From: a virus
Taxonomy: Duplodnaviria; Heunggongvirae; Uroviricota; Caudoviricetes
Virus record (IMG/VR): IMGVR_UViG_3300021400_000048
Span: 120,791-184,790 of that record
DNA: 64,000 bases
Strand: one strand, 5' to 3'
Shown here piece by piece: positions 8,486 through 17,897 of this stretch (positions within the stretch are counted from its first letter, which is position 1; each line of letters opens with the position of its first letter). Under the pieces are notes generated by a model. The model worked only from the letters and a program-made list of their open reading frames with translations. It was not told the origin of the DNA and searched no databases. Made by a program: the position numbers and the translations under genes.

Positions 8486-9085
8486 TTACTTACAAGATTT
8501 AGCTTCACTCCAGGTGTACCACGATGTGTTTCTATAAGTATTAATATTTTTCTTTCTAAGATCTTCTTTATGCTCAAGAATATCTTCAATAGTTAAATAA
8601 CTTGTAGCAAGCTTTTTCATTGTCTTACTTGTAATTGAAATTGTCTTAGTTGCATTGTTTTCTGCATCTCTACTTAAATTAAAACGATAATTATTATAAG
8701 AAGTCTTACTAACTCTTACAACTGTCCATACTTGACCTTCTGAATTTAAAAACTTTAAACCTAAATACTTACTGTTAACATTTTTAGCTTTTTTCATTTC
8801 TTGATTCCTTTCTTCTAATAATAAAATGTTTTCAGGCAACTTGTACATTGTAATACAAGTTTTACTAGTCTTATTAAAGATAAATACAGTGTCTTTATAT
8901 AGTCTTACTTTCTTTCTAAGACTTTTACGCATTAAATAATCTTTAAGCGGACCATCTTCTAAATCTTCAGCGGCTTTACCTGCTGACCATGCTTCATTTA
9001 CTAATCGATAGGCCTCGTCTCTATAGAGGCCTAATCGCTGTGCCGCTCGTTGGTAAGCGTGTAGCTTAGGCTTTCTCTTCCTCAT
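8486..9085 (-). CDS. hypothetical protein with N-terminal HA.QR...RLG (RelE/BECR-like) motif
   Basis: LHAYQRAAQRLG...VRLYKDTVFIF...CITMY; start reassigned to ATG 9083-9085. Confidence 0.55.
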   Translation of the reverse strand: MRKRKPKLHAYQRAAQRLGLYRDEAYRLVNEAWSAGKAAEDLEDGPLKDYLMRKSLRKKVRLYKDTVFIFNKTSKTCITMYKLPENILLLEERNQEMKKAKNVNSKYLGLKFLNSEGQVWTVVRVSKTSYNNYRFNLSRDAENNATKTISITSKTMKKLATSYLTIEDILEHKEDLRKKNINTYRNTSWYTWSEAKSCK

Positions 9086-9464
9086 TGTCTTTACCAACAA
9101 TAATGTGCTCATCTACAATATTTGTTTCTAATTCTTCACCATCAGAATCAAATATTACTTCTTCAATAACTAATTGAAGTTTCTTTACATCTTCAGGAAT
9201 ACTAAAGTTTTCATCTTTGTTCTTAATTACATCTACAGGATTTTCAGTAAAGAAAGTAAAACACTTTTCTGCTTCTACTAAATCATCATAGTTGTCAATC
9301 ATGTATTCAAAATCATTGACAGTGTCATCTGCATTAAGTCCCAGTAACCAAACTTGATATTCAACTCTAGCAACATTATCATTGCTAGCATCTAAATCTT
9401 CAAAATCATCTTCGATAGTATTTTCAGAAGTGTCTAATAAATCAAACTCATCTTGATTATACAT
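9066..9464 (-). CDS. acidic hypothetical protein (132 aa)
   Basis: ORF with GGAG RBS. Confidence 0.75.
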   Translation of the reverse strand: MYNQDEFDLLDTSENTIEDDFEDLDASNDNVARVEYQVWLLGLNADDTVNDFEYMIDNYDDLVEAEKCFTFFTENPVDVIKNKDENFSIPEDVKKLQLVIEEVIFDSDGEELETNIVDEHIIVGKDNEEEKA

Positions 9465-9465
9465 A

Positions 9466-10176
9466 TTAACGCTCCTCCAAACTTAAATAATTATTTTCAA
9501 TTTTAACATTATAATCACCATTGAATCTTCTAAGAAAAGCATCGCTTAAACATTGCAACTTGCTAATCTCACGTATATCAACTTGGCCATTCTTAACTTC
9601 TAATTTTTTATAGTTAAGTTTCTTCAAGTCACTATAATAATCTTCATTAAAATTTTCAACAGCATCTTTTAGATATTCTGTCTTTAAATCTCTTTTAGAA
9701 AGCTCATTAACATAGTCACGAATCTCATCACACAACTTATCAAAATCTTGCACTAACTTAGTATATTCTCTAAGTTCATACTTAGCATCTTTCATAGTAC
9801 CATAATACTTATAGTCTTCTTTAAAAGCTTCATAAGAATCATAACCAATTAGTCTATCAGGAATTGCACAACGATTATCATTAGCATTATATAATACTAA
9901 ATAACCACCAGATCTACCATTAAATCCAACTCTATAACCTTTGTGATCATATTCCCAATCTTCGATCATATAATTAACTTCGTTATAATTATCACGTTCT
10001 AAAGCTGCTAAAGCTTCCCATTCATCGCCTTCTAAATTTAAATTATAAACCTTAACATTATTAGCAATTGACTTTAAACCATTCCAACTATTCATTGTAT
10101 CATACATAAAATGTTCATTTAAAAAATTAAACATTGATTTTGTATTGCTAATATCTACACCTTTTTGATAAAACAT
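9466..10176 (-). CDS. hypothetical phage protein (GFNGRSGGYLVLY motif)
   Basis: AAGGAGG RBS; first gene after promoter 10209. Confidence 0.8.
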   Translation of the reverse strand: MFYQKGVDISNTKSMFNFLNEHFMYDTMNSWNGLKSIANNVKVYNLNLEGDEWEALAALERDNYNEVNYMIEDWEYDHKGYRVGFNGRSGGYLVLYNANDNRCAIPDRLIGYDSYEAFKEDYKYYGTMKDAKYELREYTKLVQDFDKLCDEIRDYVNELSKRDLKTEYLKDAVENFNEDYYSDLKKLNYKKLEVKNGQVDIREISKLQCLSDAFLRRFNGDYNVKIENNYLSLEER

Positions 10177-10208
10177 ATTATATTCCTCCTTTGTTTTATT
10201 CTATATGT

Positions 10209-10263
10209 ATTATATCATATTAGATGCAAATTGTAAATAGTTTTCATAATGAAAACGCTTTCA
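10209..10263 (-). promoter_or_regulatory. sigma70 promoter plus cre-like operator (drives operon ending in sigma gene)
   Basis: TATAAT 10209-10214, TTTACA 10232-10237, TGAAAACGCTTTCA 10250-10263. Confidence 0.85.
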
Positions 10264-10446
10264 TTATTCTTCTTCTTTATTCTTGTGCTTGCGCTTTCGT
10301 GTAAATGATCCTTTGCCGCGCTTAGGACGGAATATAATAGCTTTGTGCCTCTTCTGTGCTTCTAAGTGATCTTTAGCAGGAATTTCAATAGTGCCAACTA
10401 TATCCTTGCCAGTTATTTCATCATGAATATGTATCCTTTGTTTCAT
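10264..10446 (-). CDS. ArfA-like small basic protein
   Basis: C-terminal IFRPKRGKGSFTRKRKH resembles the ArfA KKGKGSYxRKxKH motif. Confidence 0.6.
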   Translation of the reverse strand: MKQRIHIHDEITGKDIVGTIEIPAKDHLEAQKRHKAIIFRPKRGKGSFTRKRKHKNKEEE

Positions 10447-10448
10447 AA

Positions 10449-10832
10449 TTAATCCTCTCTGTCTTTTCCTAGAAATGCATCAATTACGTGCCCACACTGC
10501 AAGTATTCTAAATATTCATCAATAGTCTCTTGAATCATATTAGCTTCCTCTGTATAAAAATCTGCATAGTCTGACATCTTATTTGCATCAACTAATAGTG
10601 TGAGATCTCTCTTAGCTGGCCTAGCTATTAGGCTATCTACATACTCTTGTAATAAAGTCTTAGCAACTTTGTAAAAGCACTTAGCCCATAACTTTGTTGT
10701 TTTTAGGCTAAGTTTTGCTTCTTTATATTCAGTTAAGTTATTGATGCGCAGCATATTAAGATGCCTCTTTTCTGCTGCGCGCATAATTAATTCAATAACA
10801 TCATCACTTAAATAATCTTCTATTTTATTCAT
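10449..10832 (-). CDS. hypothetical early protein
   Basis: ORF overlapping the upstream stop (ATG 10830-10832). Confidence 0.7.
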   Translation of the reverse strand: MNKIEDYLSDDVIELIMRAAEKRHLNMLRINNLTEYKEAKLSLKTTKLWAKCFYKVAKTLLQEYVDSLIARPAKRDLTLLVDANKMSDYADFYTEEANMIQETIDEYLEYLQCGHVIDAFLGKDRED

Positions 10833-11148
10833 CAGCTTCAATATACTCCAGCACTTCAAAAGTTTCTGTATCTGCTAATTTATTTTCTAAATAAGATGTT
10901 TCATCATAATATCCAGAATTTAAATACTTAGATATTTCAATAAAGATAGCTGAGCAAGAATTGCCTGTACAAGTTCTAACTGTTTTAGCTCCACCTTTAT
11001 AATTAATTACTAAGTATTCTGAAACACAATCAAAATCCTTATTTCTAAGTACAATATAATCAATGCTCTCAACATTGTCTTGGACTTTAGTAATTGCTTT
11101 ACTAATACTGTGTACAAAATTAACTTTTTTATTTAAATATTCTTTCAT
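10825..11148 (-). CDS. hypothetical early protein
   Basis: TAATG-coupled start. Confidence 0.75.
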   Translation of the reverse strand: MKEYLNKKVNFVHSISKAITKVQDNVESIDYIVLRNKDFDCVSEYLVINYKGGAKTVRTCTGNSCSAIFIEISKYLNSGYYDETSYLENKLADTETFEVLEYIEADE

Positions 11149-11681
11149 TAGCATAGTTTGTCTCCTGTAATTAAATTGACTATTGTATTTAAATCTTCTT
11201 CAGGAATAGCTCTATATAGCCAGCCTGTTCCATAAGTATATTCAGTACCATCAGATAATTTTACAGTTAATAAATTATTTTCCTCTAAAGCTTTCTTTGC
11301 TTCTGAATAATCATATCTTATATTTTCTGCTTTGAAGTAGTCATCAAGAAAAGCTTCTTGCTCTTCAGTGCCGGCATGCATACTATTTAAATGATATTTT
11401 TTCCATAATGTATAAATAGCTTTAAATTCTGGTGTATCTACATATTTTGCAATCTCATCTAGACATTGACCACCACAATAAATATCCGAATGAATATGAT
11501 TCCAAATACGACCGCTAGCAGTAAATTCAATTTTATTACCTTCTCTTAAATACAAGTTAATTGTAACGTCTACAAGATTAGCTTTTCTTTTTGATCGATA
11601 AGCAATTTTACCAAATTTAAAAGTCTTACTAATTCGACCACCGCTTACTAATAATAAGTTTAAAACTTCTGATTGTGTCAT
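11148..11681 (-). CDS. hypothetical phage protein (GQCLDEI..LWKKYHLNSMHAG..YGTGW)
   Basis: AAGGAGG RBS; first gene after promoter 11712. Confidence 0.8.
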   Translation of the reverse strand: MTQSEVLNLLLVSGGRISKTFKFGKIAYRSKRKANLVDVTINLYLREGNKIEFTASGRIWNHIHSDIYCGGQCLDEIAKYVDTPEFKAIYTLWKKYHLNSMHAGTEEQEAFLDDYFKAENIRYDYSEAKKALEENNLLTVKLSDGTEYTYGTGWLYRAIPEEDLNTIVNLITGDKLC

Positions 11682-11711
11682 AAATATTGCCTCCTTAATT
11701 TTTACAGTTAT

Positions 11712-11766
11712 ATTATATCACAAAATAAATAAAAAGTAAATAGAAAACGCAATGAAAGCGTTTTCT
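11712..11766 (-). promoter_or_regulatory. sigma70 promoter plus cre-like operator
   Basis: TATAAT 11712-11717, TTTACT 11735-11740, TGAAAGCGTTTTCT 11753-11766. Confidence 0.8.
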
Positions 11767-12212
11767 TAAAGCATATTAGCTGCTTTCATTGCTTCTTCTA
11801 GCATTTTAGGTGTCTTTAAAGAATTATACTCATCCTGTGCTGGATACCAAACTTCATCTTTATCACAAAAACCATAATAAGTATAATCAGGTGTAAATGA
11901 TCTATAAATTGCTTCACCTTCTGGACTATGCCCATTTTTGCTTTCTTCTTTATGCGCCCACATACCATTAGCACAGCCAGAGGCACCAACTTTAAAACAT
12001 ACATAGCCAGTATAACCTAACTTAATTGCTTCCTTTAAAAATGTTCTCATTTGTTTCATATGGCTAATTGTTAATCTTTCAGGCCACCAATCAAAAATTG
12101 ATAGATCATCATAAACCACGCTAATAGGTCTTGCACAGCCACTTTCAATCATTTGTTCTAGTCTTTCTAATACAGGTTTTGCATTATATTCATTTAAAGG
12201 TCTGTTGTTCAT
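11766..12212 (-). CDS. hypothetical early protein (148 aa)
   Basis: AAGGAGG RBS. Confidence 0.8.
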   Translation of the reverse strand: MNNRPLNEYNAKPVLERLEQMIESGCARPISVVYDDLSIFDWWPERLTISHMKQMRTFLKEAIKLGYTGYVCFKVGASGCANGMWAHKEESKNGHSPEGEAIYRSFTPDYTYYGFCDKDEVWYPAQDEYNSLKTPKMLEEAMKAANML

Positions 12213-12247
12213 ATTATATTCCTCCTTATTGATTATTTCTATATATA

Positions 12248-12493
12248 TTATATTTCTACTTCGTCAATATGAGCATAATTTCTAATTTCAATATCTTCAT
12301 TTTCACAAATATCAAAACTCTTGTCGCCATCTTCATAACTATCGTCTGGATCTTCAAAATATTCAATAGTGTTATCATGAAGTTTTTTCAACTCATCAAT
12401 TGCTTCTTGTTCTGTTTTGTGAACTGAATGAACTTGACTATAAAAATTGTAATCGTCGTCTGATATTGCTTCTGTAATAATAAATAATTTCAT
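12248..12493 (-). CDS. acidic hypothetical early protein (81 aa)
   Basis: AAGGAGG RBS. Confidence 0.75.
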   Translation of the reverse strand: MKLFIITEAISDDDYNFYSQVHSVHKTEQEAIDELKKLHDNTIEYFEDPDDSYEDGDKSFDICENEDIEIRNYAHIDEVEI

Positions 12494-12522
12494 AATTATC
12501 CTCCTTAATTATTTATATAAAT

Positions 12523-12577
12523 ATTATAACGCAAATAAGACAAAAAGTAAATAGTTTCTATAATGAAAGCGTTTACA
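12523..12577 (-). promoter_or_regulatory. sigma70 promoter plus cre-like operator
   Basis: TATAAT 12523-12528, TTTACT 12546-12551, TGAAAGCGTTTACA 12564-12577. Confidence 0.8.
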
Positions 12578-12821
12578 GTTTTCTTTCATTCCATTTGTCA
12601 GTTGCTTTTTGTTTAAACAGCTCATCTTTTTCTACTTCATGACGAATTAATCCACCAGAGCTAAGCTGCTTACCACTAACCAGCACTCGTGGCCCATAAG
12701 TATGACATTTTTTACAATACATCTGTACATGATAATTTATATTTCTTGATCTACCAGTTGTTTTAATTGAATAATCAATATTAGTTGATCCGCAAAAAGG
12801 ACAAGGCTTAATTTCTTGCAT
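12573..12821 (-). CDS. Lar-family restriction alleviation zinc-ribbon protein
   Basis: IKPCPFCG...YCKKCHTYGP...KWNER matches the Lar family pattern. Confidence 0.7.
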   Translation of the reverse strand: MQEIKPCPFCGSTNIDYSIKTTGRSRNINYHVQMYCKKCHTYGPRVLVSGKQLSSGGLIRHEVEKDELFKQKATDKWNERKL

Positions 12822-13020
12822 TATTTGTCTCCATTTCTTTTATAATATAAGATACATGGTCTCGCTTTATATTATACTTGCATTCACTAGCAATTTTCTT
12901 TTTTGTAGCACGCGCATGTTTTAGCATTTGAGTTTTATTTTTAAACTCTTTTTCTTCGTATAATACATGTTCGTTTAGTCCACCACAAACCGATCTAAAA
13001 TATTGAATTTCAACTTTCAT
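12808..13020 (-). CDS. hypothetical early protein (70 aa)
   Basis: ORF in operon. Confidence 0.7.
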   Translation of the reverse strand: MKVEIQYFRSVCGGLNEHVLYEEKEFKNKTQMLKHARATKKKIASECKYNIKRDHVSYIIKEMETNNARN

Positions 13021-13022
13021 AA

Positions 13023-13187
13023 TTAAAGTAGTCCTTTCAATGCTTTAAATTCTTTAAGTTCTTCTTTAGTAAAACCATTATCTAAAAGATTATCTACTAA
13101 GTCAGACATATCACTATTTTCATCATAAGCGTCCAATAGATCATCTAATAAAAATTCTATTAATTTTTTTAATCTTGATTCTTTCAT
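13023..13187 (-). CDS. small hypothetical protein (54 aa)
   Basis: open ORF MKESRLKKLIEFLLDD... directly after promoter 13215; below track cutoff. Confidence 0.65.
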   Translation of the reverse strand: MKESRLKKLIEFLLDDLLDAYDENSDMSDLVDNLLDNGFTKEELKEFKALKGLL

Positions 13188-13214
13188 AAATATTCACTCA
13201 CTTTCTATATCTGT

Positions 13215-13284
13215 ATTATATCATATTTTAGACAAAAAGTAAATAGTTTTTAAAAAAAGATTTTACGAAAACGTTTTCGTAAAA
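13215..13284 (-). promoter_or_regulatory. sigma70 promoter plus cre-like operator within a 24-bp perfect palindrome
   Basis: TATAAT 13215-13220, TTTACT 13238-13243, TTTTACGAAAACGTTTTCGTAAAA 13261-13284. Confidence 0.8.
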
Positions 13285-13293
13285 CCTATTATT

Positions 13294-13818
13294 CTATTTT
13301 TCTTCTTTTTTAATTAAGTCTTCAATTGTCCAATAATGCTTATTTAAATATTCAATAACATAATGCGCATTTTCACCAAACTTTTCTTGTGCAACTTTTA
13401 GTAAATCTGCTGCATCCTTCTTCATTTTTGTTTCAGCATCTTCTTTAGCAACGATTCTTTGCTTAGCTTGAACAACTGCTGTGGCAAAATCTTTTGCATA
13501 AAATACTACACCTAAATTTTTAAATGTCCAATCATTATAATGATGACCATAAAAATAATGACGTTCACCTTTTTGTTTCTTTGCTTCTATATAGCCAACT
13601 TCTTGATTACCTTTGTAAATAATATAAGCAGTTTGATTGCTAGGTCTATAACGATTAACACCATAGCGTGAAACTGAAAAATCATTTTCATTTAAACCTT
13701 GCTCATTAATAAAAGCTTTAAATACTTGTGCAACATCCATGTCCCAACAATAGCCAAAGTTTTTTCCTACTAGTTGTTTTTGTAAATAAGATCTTAGATC
13801 TACTTCTGAAAAGTTCAT
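13294..13818 (-). CDS. hypothetical early protein (174 aa)
   Basis: AAGGAGG RBS. Confidence 0.8.
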   Translation of the reverse strand: MNFSEVDLRSYLQKQLVGKNFGYCWDMDVAQVFKAFINEQGLNENDFSVSRYGVNRYRPSNQTAYIIYKGNQEVGYIEAKKQKGERHYFYGHHYNDWTFKNLGVVFYAKDFATAVVQAKQRIVAKEDAETKMKKDAADLLKVAQEKFGENAHYVIEYLNKHYWTIEDLIKKEEK

Positions 13819-13846
13819 AATATTCCTCCTTAATTTCTATACTTGT

Positions 13847-13901
13847 ATTATATCATATTTCAAATAATTTGTAAATGATTTTTAAAGTGAAAGCGCTTTC
13901 A
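13847..13901 (-). promoter_or_regulatory. sigma70 promoter plus cre-like operator
   Basis: TATAAT 13847-13852, TTTACA 13870-13875, TGAAAGCGCTTTCA 13888-13901. Confidence 0.85.
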
Positions 13902-13914
13902 TAATTGTATAATT

Positions 13915-13944
13915 AAAAAATGCTAGGAATTAACCCAGCATTTT
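13915..13944 (-). terminator. intrinsic terminator
   Basis: AAAATGCT..AGCATTTT hairpin plus T-tract. Confidence 0.55.
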
Positions 13945-13968
13945 ATTCAGCAGTTTTTACCTATTTAA

Positions 13969-14457
13969 CTAAAACCAAAGTTTCTTTAGTAGTTCTGTAA
14001 ATTGATTGAAGTTATCAAAGACATCATAACGATTTTTATAGTAATTATATTCTCTAACTACTTTTCCATCATCTGATTTGTAAGTATAGTGGAATCCTTC
14101 TGGATGATCAGCTAAGAATTTATCCAAAGCTTCGCTAGCAGTTTTTTCGATTTCTGCTAAAGCTTTTTCAGCTTCTGCTACTTTATCCTTGTATTCCTTA
14201 TAAGCATTAGCAATTACATCATTAGCTTTTACTTTAGCTACTTCATAATTGTCAATAGCTTTTTGTACAACAGCAGCTTCTTCTTTTCTAGCAAGCTTAG
14301 CTTCTTCTTTTTTAACAAGCTCAGCCTTATGATCAGCTTCTGCTTTCTTTAATTCCTCTAGATCAGTAAATTCCTTATTTAGTAACTTTGATCTGTAAAC
14401 AACATCATAACTTTCTTCTTCTTTTACTTCTTTTAATTCATCTTTAACATTACTCAT
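13969..14457 (-). CDS. coiled-coil hypothetical protein (162 aa)
   Basis: K/E/A-rich helical ORF with AGGAG RBS. Confidence 0.8.
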   Translation of the reverse strand: MSNVKDELKEVKEEESYDVVYRSKLLNKEFTDLEELKKAEADHKAELVKKEEAKLARKEEAAVVQKAIDNYEVAKVKANDVIANAYKEYKDKVAEAEKALAEIEKTASEALDKFLADHPEGFHYTYKSDDGKVVREYNYYKNRYDVFDNFNQFTELLKKLWF

Positions 14458-14590
14458 TTTAAACTCTCCTATTAGTCTTCGTAAATTTCCTGGCGTTGTC
14501 CTATCTTGCCAGGATATATACTAAAATGATTAATATTTTAGTTAACCTGCTTAGCATTAATTAAGATACTAACCATGTTAATATCTGAAA

Positions 14591-15436
14591 TTAGTCTAAT
14601 TTCGCTGCTTCTTCTTCCATTACTTTAAGAAGCTCTTTATCTTTAACATTGCCATGCTCTGTACTAAATTTTACTAAATCAGCGCCAGTTTTAATTCCTA
14701 GTTTATCAGCAGCAGCCATATAACGTCTTAGTTCATCTGTATTATATGATTCTGTAAATGATTCATCAACTAATTTTTCTTTAGCAATTTCTTTTTTATA
14801 GTCGACTGGCTCACCAAGCACATGAACATTTCCTTGAATAGGTGTTCTGTCATCTGCTAAGTCTTCTGGCACAGTTTCTTCTAGTGATTCTTCAATACCT
14901 AAATCATAGGCACATTTCTTACATATATATCTTTGGTCATCACCCTTAATTAGATCACTTTTAGCAAACTCTTCATGACAACATTGACACTCACCAAAAT
15001 TTTCATCGGCTTCATTTAATGCAGTTAATGCTTCATCAAAACTGAAATCGAACAAATTTCGGCCTCCATATGGATCAGCTGGTAATGGTGCTTCTTCTTC
15101 GTCTTCAGAATCATCTACAATAAAATTATCATAGATTTCAAAGTCATTATCTGCTAACTTACCATCATAGTCACTATCATCAAATAGTTTAGGTTGGCGA
15201 AGATTTGGTTTTTGATTTTGATTGTCCCAACTAAATACACAGACATCATTGCCTGTAGGAACAGGATTACCATTCTCATCATCTACCAATTCGATTTCAT
15301 TAACAAAAGGTGAAACATAATTAGGATCTGTTAAATCCCACTTTTGTTGGATAAAATCTTTAGCTTGATCAAATGTTTCAAATGTATCTTCATCTGGACA
15401 CTCATTCCAAGTTACTTTATAAACATAATTTAACAT
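14591..15436 (-). CDS. acidic protein with zinc ribbon and L-x-E motifs (possible head internal protein)
   Basis: CQCC..CKKC; ALNEA, EESLEE, ESFTES; preceded by late motif 15456. Confidence 0.7.
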   Translation of the reverse strand: MLNYVYKVTWNECPDEDTFETFDQAKDFIQQKWDLTDPNYVSPFVNEIELVDDENGNPVPTGNDVCVFSWDNQNQKPNLRQPKLFDDSDYDGKLADNDFEIYDNFIVDDSEDEEEAPLPADPYGGRNLFDFSFDEALTALNEADENFGECQCCHEEFAKSDLIKGDDQRYICKKCAYDLGIEESLEETVPEDLADDRTPIQGNVHVLGEPVDYKKEIAKEKLVDESFTESYNTDELRRYMAAADKLGIKTGADLVKFSTEHGNVKDKELLKVMEEEAAKLD

Positions 15437-15455
15437 AATCATTCTCCTGTACAAA

Positions 15456-15464
15456 TAATTTAGC
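15456..15464 (-). promoter_or_regulatory. putative late promoter GCTAAATTA
   Basis: motif just upstream of AGGAG RBS. Confidence 0.65.
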
Positions 15465-15469
15465 AATAA

Positions 15470-17167
15470 TTATAGATCAAAAATTATATTTTTTAATAAT
15501 TGCATAAATGCTGGCGACATTTTGCCATCTACAAGGAAATCTGATAAATCTCGTTTATTCTCAACAATCTCTTTAACTCTTTCATCTATAGTATCAGCAC
15601 AGCAAAGGATTTTAACAAAGATTGGTTGATCACTAGTAATACGATAAATTCTATCTATAGACTGTTGCAATGTAGCATCAGTCCAAGGAGTATCTATAAT
15701 TATACTATAGTGACATTCAGGCATACTAAATCCTGTTCCAAGCTTTCCATGTGTTCCAATCAGTAAATTGAAATTGTCTGAATTTCGGAATTTAGAAATA
15801 TTCTCACTAACTACTGGATCTGGAATTTCTCCTGTAGCTAGCATCGGATTATACTTTGCTAATTTAATAGCAAGTACTTCGCATGGCTCTACGAATGTGC
15901 TAAAGATCACTACTTTCTCTCCCGACTCTAGTAAGTCTTCTGCTAGTTCCACTGCGCGTAGCACTTTACTCGACTCTATTGGATTACTAGTTAGTACAGA
16001 AGGTGCTGCAGTAGCCTGGCGAAGTCTAGTAGTTAAAGCGAGTAGGTTACCAGGGTGCAAATCCACTAAATCTGCTTCCTCTTTAACACCATCCTTAACC
16101 GCTTCATAAAATTTACGATGCTCGTCTGACATTTCTACAATTTCGTATTCAACTGTTTTTAGTGGCATGTCTGCTCTGACCATATCAAATGTTCTCCTTA
16201 AGCTACATGAATCTAATTCATCTTTTAGTAAATCTAAATCTCTATATCCAATGATCTGTTTGCCTCCGAAACCTCCGAAGTTACAGAAAGTAGATTTGAA
16301 ATTAGTTAATGTTGACTGATCATTATCTGTCCAGCTAAGCATTAGATAAGCTGATAGTGGACTGTTAGTGATCGGAGTTCCCGATGCAGCTACTTGATAG
16401 TCTGCTTTTAGCTTTAGTAGGTTATCACCTTGTTGACTCTGCTTAGTAGCTCTATGCGCTTCGTCAAAGCAGATCATTCCAATTTTGTTCTTACTCTTTT
16501 TGAAAGCCTCTATAATCTTATCATTACGGATCGTAGAGATATTCACTATAATGAAGAATTCTGAAATTTGATTAATTAGCTGCTCAGCTCTTTCTGCTAC
16601 TGTCTTGTATCTAACTGTTCCAGTTTTAGTAATGTATTCCCCAAGGACTACACAGTCTAAATTTGAAAACTTCTGAATTTCGGATTTTCAATTGGTTCTT
16701 AGTGAATCTACACCGCAAATAATCATGCAATGATCAAGCTTACCTCGGTTATGTAGGGTCTCCGCTAAATACATCATCTCTAAGCTCTTACCTAGGCCCA
16801 TGCCGTCTAAAAGCAACCACTTGTTCTTATTGCATAGCCCATAGTTAATTGCATCTATCTGATGTGAGAATGGTTTATACTTAAAGCTTTTAATTTCTTC
16901 CTCACTAAGTGGTGATTCTGAAATTGACGAAATTTCGGTATCAGGCGCCAAGTGAAGCTCTATATCAGCAGCCATAGTTAATGTATCTAAAGCAGTTGCT
17001 AGGCTTGAGGCAGGAATTTCCCAGAACTTCTGAGTCTTATGCCAGCAAGCTCCATGAACAGATTTTACTAATTCTACTAATTGTGGATTATAGGGAAAGT
17101 CGATTCTAAAGCTGGATAAGCCTGGCATCTTAAATGGTGGCTTTAATTCCGTAATCAAAATTGACAT
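15470..17167 (-). CDS. SNF2-family (SF2) helicase, 565 aa under code 4
   Basis: DGMGLGKS Walker A, DEAH, SGTP, helicase-C Q..DRIYRI; TGA 16688-16690 gives the conserved NW..EI.KF; joins two track ORFs in frame. Confidence 0.92.
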
Positions 17168-17194
17168 ATCTGAAATCTCCCAAATTTCGTTTAA

Positions 17195-17491
17195 TTAAAA
17201 TAGACTTGTTGTAGTATTACTAAAATCCAAAGCTTCATCTTCTTTAGTAGCAGTTGCTGTGATCTTTAAATCCACATTAAATGGTTTATCACAGAAGTCG
17301 CAAATAAACTTAGTAGCATAAGTTGGCTCAGCATCTTTCTTGTAGCCACAATAAATTATTTTGTTTAGAGGATCTCTGACAATATCTTCTGGTCAGCCAA
17401 GAATATCTCCGGCTTCAAAAAGTTCCTCTAAAGTAAATTGCGCGCCACAGTGTGGACAGGTAATAATAATCTTTGGTAAATTATTTTCCAT
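17195..17491 (-). CDS. zinc-finger protein (CPHC..CDFC), 98 aa under code 4
   Basis: AGGAG RBS; one in-frame TGA at 17393-17395; missing from track. Confidence 0.75.
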
Positions 17492-17517
17492 AAATGAAAT
17501 CTCCTAAATTACATTTT

Positions 17518-17760
17518 TTATTTTTTTGCTTTTCTTGGTTTGCCAGCTGCTCCATAAGTCCAGCCAGCTTTTAAATAGTCGGGTAAAAATATAGTATAGA
17601 TATTTTTATAAACTCCATCTTTATGAACATGACAACGCTTAGAGTCTTTACTGCCAAGCTTCCAACCAGCTTTTAAATAATCACTAAGTTGCTCTGGCGA
17701 AATTAACATAATTTCGTTTTGCCTGTGAATATAAATTTTACCTGATTGAAAGTTAGCCAT
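17518..17760 (-). CDS. small basic protein with two DYLKAGWxxG repeats
   Basis: GGAGG RBS before ATG 17758-17760; tandem internal repeat. Confidence 0.7.
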   Translation of the reverse strand: MANFQSGKIYIHRQNEIMLISPEQLSDYLKAGWKLGSKDSKRCHVHKDGVYKNIYTIFLPDYLKAGWTYGAAGKPRKAKK

Positions 17761-17897
17761 GTATTTGCCTCCAAGTGTGCGCGCCATTAGACTTATACTA
17801 TTATAATATATTATACTATATATAAGCATATGACTATAACTATATATTACTATATAATTACTACGTAATTATATAGTGGGAAAATTTCCCTTCTATA

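Noticed and set aside
14480-14585. Inverted repeats in the leader of gene 13969-14457 as a riboswitch
   Set aside because: Hairpins are present (CCTGGC/GCCAGG) but match no aptamer I recognise.
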